NCBI GenBank assembly: GCA_002792495.1
Contig: PFOK01000137.1
Coordinates: 1 to 41,153 of the forward strand
Direction of reading: 5' to 3'
Source: Candidatus Peregrinibacteria bacterium CG_4_10_14_0_2_um_filter_43_11
GTDB taxonomy: Bacteria > Patescibacteriota > Gracilibacteria > UM-FILTER-43-11
Length of the DNA stretch: 41,153 nucleotides
The notes under the pieces were generated by a model. That model saw nothing but the letters and a program-made list of their open reading frames with translations, did not search any database and was not told the origin of the DNA. Position numbers and translations under genes: made by a program. Shown here piece after piece: positions 37,345 to 41,153 of the stretch (positions within the stretch are counted from its first letter, which is position 1; each line of letters begins with the position of its first letter).

Positions 37345-37926
37345 TTAACGATTGTAGAGATAAACGTAAGAGTTGTTAGCCCCCGGAATAGGGCCTTTGA
37401 CAGCAATGAGATTTTTTTCGGAAATCAAATTCATAATAGGAACATCTTTTAAAGTAACCCTTTGCACACCCATATGACCTGGTAGTTTTGTCCCCTTCTT
37501 AACGCGACCCGGCTTGGCACAAGTACCAATGGAACCAGGTTCACGATGATGGTGAGAACCATGACTGGCGGGGCCACCATGGAAACCATGACGTTTCATT
37601 ACCCCCTGGTAACCCTTACCCTTGGAAACTCCAACCACATTGACTGTCTCGACCTCTTTTAGAAAGGAAAGATCCACGGTTTGACCGATTTGATAATCCT
37701 CCGGTTTTTCAACACGAAATTCTTTGAGTTGCTTGAATTTTTTGTTCTTTGAAGGATTTTTGTACGCATCAAACCCCAGGACTATCGCCGGATATCCACC
37801 CTTATCCTCAGTCTTTAGCTGAACCACAACATTGGGTTCACACTTGATAAAGGTAACGGGGATCACACGACCATCGTCTTGAATGATTTGACTCATTCCG
37901 AGTTTTTTGCCGATAATTCCACACAT
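37345..37926 (-). CDS. rplC: 50S ribosomal protein L3
   Basis: GKKLGMSQ, SKGKGYQGVMKRH, SHGS, PGSIG, VKGPIPG. Confidence 0.98.
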   Translation of the reverse strand: MCGIIGKKLGMSQIIQDDGRVIPVTFIKCEPNVVVQLKTEDKGGYPAIVLGFDAYKNPSKNKKFKQLKEFRVEKPEDYQIGQTVDLSFLKEVETVNVVGVSKGKGYQGVMKRHGFHGGPASHGSHHHREPGSIGTCAKPGRVKKGTKLPGHMGVQRVTLKDVPIMNLISEKNLIAVKGPIPGANNSYVYLYNR

Positions 37927-37944
37927 AAGCTTTAGTGGTTAAGG

Positions 37945-37983
37945 GAGGTCGGACTTTGGTTCCACAAGGGAGCCTTCCTCTCT
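37945..37983 (-). promoter_or_regulatory. Candidate structured 5' leader of rplC
   Basis: Minus strand GAGG-AA-GGCTCC-cttgt-GGAACC-AAAGTCCGA-CCTC: stem, asymmetric internal loop, stem, between promoter and start codon. Confidence 0.35.
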
Positions 37984-38004
37984 AAAATAACATAATGCTC
38001 GACT

Positions 38005-38032
38005 ATTTTACCGATTAAACAAGCGAAGTCAA
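38005..38032 (-). promoter_or_regulatory. Sigma70-type promoter for the rplC operon
   Basis: Minus strand TTGACT (38032-38027) - 16 nt - TAAAAT (38010-38005). Confidence 0.65.
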
Positions 38033-38076
38033 GAAAAAAGTCGACTTTTATTAGACAAGTTGTCGAGAATCGATTA

Positions 38077-38096
38077 TCTATCGGTCATCCCATTGG
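38077..38096 (-). promoter_or_regulatory. 12-bp-period direct repeat, site C
   Basis: Minus strand CCAATGGG-atga-CCGATAGA, 44 bp upstream of the rplC -35. Confidence 0.6.
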
Positions 38097-38215
38097 TTCA
38101 ATCAGATCGTTCGCTCAACCCCCTCATCACCCGTCCGAGAGACCCGCCGGGCCAGTTCAGCCTGTTCTCAAAACGGCAGATGGGAAAACCGGGGTTTATT
38201 TAGTAGTCCACCGAC
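38080..38215. ncRNA. Candidate rod-like structured RNA, family unknown
   Basis: Nested complementarities TCGGT/ACCGA, AACCCC/GGGGTT, CTCATC/GATGGG, CCGT/ACGG, GAGAGAC/GTTCTC around an apical GGGC/GCCT hairpin, with a large asymmetric internal loop. Folded by eye only. Confidence 0.4.
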
Positions 38216-38244
38216 CCATTCAAATCACGACCAAATAAAATTAT

Positions 38245-38253
38245 GTTATACTC
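38245..38253 (+). promoter_or_regulatory. Extended -10 element for the HAD gene
   Basis: TGTTATACT about 48 nt before ATG 38302. Confidence 0.5.
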
Positions 38254-38265
38254 CTCTGTGCACTG

Positions 38266-38288
38266 CCTGCCCGTTCCGTTCAGGCGGG
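38266..38288. repeat. 23-bp REP-like palindrome, same family as 10528-10560
   Basis: CCTGCCCGTTCCGTTCAGGCGGG interrupts TGCACTG|TAGCACTG; the uninterrupted 15-mer occurs at 18131-18145. Confidence 0.65.
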
Positions 38289-38301
38289 TAGCACTGAATA
38301 T

Positions 38302-38952
38302 ATGAAAGCTTTAATTTTCGACATGGACGGCGTACTGATCGACAGCGAAATCTACTGGCAACAGGAGGAATTCAACATGATCAAAAAACTCGTACCCAAT
38401 TGGCAACGCAAAGACCAAGCGAAAATTGTGGGCTTGAGTGTAGAAACGATGTACCATTTGCTCCATGATGAATACGGACTGCCGATGACGTGGGAAGAAT
38501 TTTTAAAAGCGATTGATAAGGTGGCGCTAATGATTTTTAAGGAACGAACGAATTTACTCACCGGCGCGAAAGAATTATTGAAAGATGTAAAAGGGAAGGT
38601 ACCGATAGGCCTAAGTACCTCCGCCAGACGAAGTTGGATTGAGGTGGTATTTGAAAAATTTAACCTCGCTCCCTATTTTGATGTAACCGTAAGTTTTGAA
38701 GAAATTGAAGGAGAGGGCAAACCCGCACCCGATATCTATTTACACACGGCAAAAATCCTCGGCGTAAACGCCAAAGAATGTGTGGTGATCGAAGATTCAA
38801 CAAATGGCGTGATGTCCGCCAAGGCCGCCGGCATGTTTTGTGTGGGCTTACGAAACGGCTTTAACGACGAAGCCGACCTTTCCGGAGCGGATGTAGAAGC
38901 GAAGGGATTAAAAGAATTGGATTGGAAGAAATTAAAAAGCTTCCTCCAATAA
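38302..38952 (+). CDS. HAD-IA family hydrolase (beta-phosphoglucomutase-like phosphatase)
   Basis: FDMDGVLIDSE, STSA, GKPAPDIY, IEDSTNG. Confidence 0.93.
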   Translation: MKALIFDMDGVLIDSEIYWQQEEFNMIKKLVPNWQRKDQAKIVGLSVETMYHLLHDEYGLPMTWEEFLKAIDKVALMIFKERTNLLTGAKELLKDVKGKVPIGLSTSARRSWIEVVFEKFNLAPYFDVTVSFEEIEGEGKPAPDIYLHTAKILGVNAKECVVIEDSTNGVMSAKAAGMFCVGLRNGFNDEADLSGADVEAKGLKELDWKKLKSFLQ

Positions 38953-39225
38953 GTCTTCATATTTTGGATTTAGAAAAGTGTACTTCCAATCTTCAGGCAT
39001 GTTGTGTTTTTGAATCTGGTATTCAAGATATTTGAAGTGAGTCATAAAATCATGTTCATTGCGAATGGTATGATCGTGAAATGATTTATGCCATCGGAAT
39101 TGGGGAAAAGGGTGAGAATGGGGATATTTTTGAAGAAATTGGGTTCGATATTTTTTTAATATTCCACGGAATTGAAGGCACGGATAATTATCCGCGCCTT
39201 CAATGTAACCCATATTAATGAGCCT
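38932..39225 (-). mobile_element. RAYT/IS200-like Y1 transposase remnant 2 (C-terminal half only)
   Basis: FPQFRWHKSFHDHTIRNEHDFMTHFKYLEYQIQKH matches the RAYT-type FxWQxSFHDHIIR...Y...KH pattern; no HUH half upstream; homologous to remnant 1. Confidence 0.8.
39171..39204. repeat. 34-bp near-perfect palindrome inside the transposase remnant
   Basis: ATTGAAGGCACGGATAA|TTATCCGCGCCTTCAAT, 16 of 17 positions paired. Confidence 0.85.
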
Positions 39226-39246
39226 TGGAACAATTGAGCGTGCGTA

Positions 39247-39293
39247 GCAAAGATGCCGCTTCGGGTCTTGCGGGTCCCGAAGTCAGACTTTGC
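39247..39293. repeat. Interrupted hairpin between rpsJ and remnant 2
   Basis: GCAAAG/CTTTGC outer stem and CTTCGGG/CCCGAAG inner stem. Confidence 0.55.
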
Positions 39294-39335
39294 GAAGCCA
39301 AGCAAAATTGAAGAAAGGCGAATACAAATATTTTG

Positions 39336-39368
39336 GAAAGACCGAAAACCTTTTTTAAAGGTTTTCGG
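39336..39368 (-). terminator. Hairpin/terminator directly after rpsJ
   Basis: CCGAAAACCTTT...AAAGGTTTTCGG inverted repeat (39342-39368) 5 nt after the rpsJ stop; minus-strand tail TCTTT is short. Confidence 0.6.
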
Positions 39369-39373
39369 ATAAA

Positions 39374-39706
39374 TTACATCATCTTTATCTCAATATCCAC
39401 ACCGGCAGGCAAAGCAAGACAGGTGAGCGCTTCGATAGTGGCAGGTGTTGTTTCACGCAGGTCAATCAGACGTTTGTGAATGCGCATTTCGAACTGTTCG
39501 CGGGAATCTTTAGAAACGAAAGTGGATTTATTAACCGTAAATTTTTTAATCTTGGTGGGCAATGGAATAGGACCGGCAATAATAGCCCCTGTACGCTCGG
39601 ATGTTTCGATGATAACTTTTACCGCTTTATCAATGATGGTGTGATCAAACGATTTTAACGTAATACGGATACGTTGCTCTTTTTGATCATCTTTCTTTTT
39701 AGCCAT
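39374..39706 (-). CDS. rpsJ: 30S ribosomal protein S10
   Basis: [43 protein letters not shown]. Confidence 0.98.
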   Translation of the reverse strand: MAKKKDDQKEQRIRITLKSFDHTIIDKAVKVIIETSERTGAIIAGPIPLPTKIKKFTVNKSTFVSKDSREQFEMRIHKRLIDLRETTPATIEALTCLALPAGVDIEIKMM

Positions 39707-39772
39707 GGTGCAATGATTTTAAATGACGTGCCCCGCAAAACTTGGGGGTATGGGTCAGAAATAAACTTTATT

Positions 39773-39808
39773 TCCTCCCCTTCTTCGCCAAGGCTTCGAA
39801 GGGGAGGA
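39773..39808. repeat. Palindromic REP-like element/hairpin after tuf
   Basis: TCCTCCCCTTC-ttcGCCaaGGCttc-GAAGGGGAGGA: perfect 11-bp stem with a symmetric inner part. Confidence 0.7.
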
Positions 39809-39815
39809 TAAAAAT

Positions 39816-41009
39816 CTATTTTTTAATCTTGGTGACAACACCGGCTCCTACAGTACGACCTCCTTCGCGGATAGCGAAACGGGTTCCCAGATCAAGAGCG
39901 ATTGGTTTACCAAGGGCAATATCCAATTTAATGTTGTCTCCGGGCATAACCATTTCGACACCTTCCGGCAAAATCACTTCACCGGTAACATCGGTTGTGC
40001 GAATGTAGAATTGAGGTTTGTAACCCTTAAAGAAAGGAGTGTGACGACCACCTTCTTCTTTGGATAGGATATAAACTTCGGCTTCGCATTCGGTATGAGG
40101 GGTAATACTGCCTGGTTTAGCCAATACCTGACCACGTTCTACGTCATCGCGTTCAATACCGCGCAAAAGCAAACCAACGTTATCCCCCGCCTGGCCTTGA
40201 TCGAGAAGTTTACGGAACATTTCCACGCCGGTAACAACCACTTTACGAGTGTCGGTCAAACCAACAATTTCAACTTCTTCGTTGATTTTAACGATGCCCT
40301 GATCAATACGACCGGTAGCAACCGTACCACGTCCTTTGATAGAAAAAACATCCTCTACAGACATGAGGAAAGGTTTGTCCAAATCACGTTTTGGATCAGG
40401 GATGTATTCATCCAGCTTATTAAGAAGCTCAAGAATGGGTTCCGCATCGGGACCGGTTGGATTTTCGAGAGCTTTTAAAGCGGAACCGCGAACGATAGGA
40501 GTATCATCACCGGGGTATTCATATTTACTAAGAAGTTCACGAATTTCCATTTCAACAAGGTCAAGAAGTTCAGGATCATCCACCGTGTCGCATTTATTCA
40601 TAAACACAACAATGTAAGGAACGTTTACCTGACGAGCCAACAAGATGTGTTCACGAGTCTGAGGCATGGGACCGTCAGCCGCAGAAACCACCAAGATCGC
40701 GCCATCCATCTGAGCGGCACCCGTAATCATGTTCTTAACGTAATCCGCATGTCCGGGACAATCCACGTGAGCGTAATGACGTTTTGAGGTTTCGTACTCC
40801 TGATGAGAAGTGGCGATAGTGATACCGCGTTCTCTTTCTTCCGGAGCGTTATCGATTTGGTCAAACGCGACCGCTTTATTAAGACCACCCATTTTAGCGG
40901 CGGCAACGGAAGTAATAGCGGCAGTCAATGTGGTTTTACCATGATCCACGTGACCAATAGTACCTACATTCACGTGAGGTTTACTGCGATCAAATGTTCC
41001 TTCAGCCAT
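39816..41009 (-). CDS. tuf: Elongation factor Tu
   Basis: [43 protein letters not shown]. Confidence 0.99.
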   Translation of the reverse strand: MAEGTFDRSKPHVNVGTIGHVDHGKTTLTAAITSVAAAKMGGLNKAVAFDQIDNAPEERERGITIATSHQEYETSKRHYAHVDCPGHADYVKNMITGAAQMDGAILVVSAADGPMPQTREHILLARQVNVPYIVVFMNKCDTVDDPELLDLVEMEIRELLSKYEYPGDDTPIVRGSALKALENPTGPDAEPILELLNKLDEYIPDPKRDLDKPFLMSVEDVFSIKGRGTVATGRIDQGIVKINEEVEIVGLTDTRKVVVTGVEMFRKLLDQGQAGDNVGLLLRGIERDDVERGQVLAKPGSITPHTECEAEVYILSKEEGGRHTPFFKGYKPQFYIRTTDVTGEVILPEGVEMVMPGDNIKLDIALGKPIALDLGTRFAIREGGRTVGAGVVTKIKK

Positions 41010-41030
41010 AATATTTTTAATTAAAAATTA

Positions 41031-41111
41031 AAGATTCAATATTCAACTCAGGACTCAAAATTGGAAAATTCAAGATTGATTTTGAATCTTAAATTTTGAA
41101 TCTTGAATATT
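41031..41111. repeat. Inverted array of degenerate heptamer repeats in the tuf 5' region
   Basis: GATTCAA/TATTCAA/AATTCAA units followed by TTGAATC/TTGAATA units; AATATTCAA pairs with TTGAATATT and ATTCAAGATT with AATCTTGAAT. Confidence 0.6.
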
Positions 41112-41132
41112 AAATAAATGAAAAGCACGAGG

Positions 41133-41141
41133 ATTTTAACA
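41133..41141 (-). promoter_or_regulatory. Extended -10 element upstream of tuf
   Basis: Minus strand TGTTAAAAT; the -35 would fall outside the window. Confidence 0.5.
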
Positions 41142-41153
41142 AACGGACTCTTG

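Noticed and set aside
38100..38200. ykkC-type or SAM-I riboswitch for the HAD gene (GTCCGAGAG; ACTGGCCC)
   Set aside because: Only isolated words match; AGGGUUCCG, AAAAGCCCGG and the SAM-I core are absent, and the HAD -10 lies downstream of the element.
37996..38238. Stop-free plus-strand frame (~80 codons) across the rplC-HAD spacer
   Set aside because: No ATG/GTG/TTG start, overlaps the rplC promoter, and has no recognisable protein features.
1..41153. tRNA/rRNA genes and genetic code 25
   Set aside because: GGTTCGA-like words fall in coding or transposase sequence without cloverleafs; conserved genes have no in-frame TGA and several end at TGA.

Overview
A 41-kb chromosomal segment of a Patescibacteria/CPR bacterium. 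rpmD (uL30) is absent between rpsE and rplO, and start codons mostly lack Shine-Dalgarno motifs. TGA is used as a stop (code 11), so Peregrinibacteria-like rather than code-25 Gracilibacteria is the inference. The left part (1-21.2 kb) is mixed accessory and housekeeping DNA. It opens with an AT-rich vsr-dcm-REase cassette whose endonuclease is broken by one missing A in an A8 run. Next come an exonuclease-DinG fusion, two ORFans with apparent frameshifts, ldh, a DUF4012 protein and a decayed RAYT/IS200-like Y1 transposase. These are followed by sod, dnaJ, ctpA, DUF192, an O-methyltransferase, a stand-alone GHKL ATPase, a PPC protein, nrdR, dgt, mscS, a polyprenol-kinase-like protein, yraN and a PEGA protein. 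The right part (21.3-41.1 kb, minus strand) is tuf-rpsJ followed by the S10-spc-alpha-rplM/rpsI superoperon. It is split between rpsJ and rplC by a second RAYT remnant, a HAD hydrolase and a structured intergenic region. Four signals are not explained by these genes: (1) a 12-bp-period direct repeat CCAATGGG-N4-CCRATAG at three intergenic sites upstream of the dnaJ, nrdR and rplC promoters; (2) two RAYT remnants with several small REP-like palindrome families, two of them inserted in-frame into one dead transposase; (3) two ~120-135-nt structured intergenic elements that match no RNA family I recognise; (4) candidate ribosomal leaders before rplC and rpsD. No tRNA, rRNA or CRISPR array was found.
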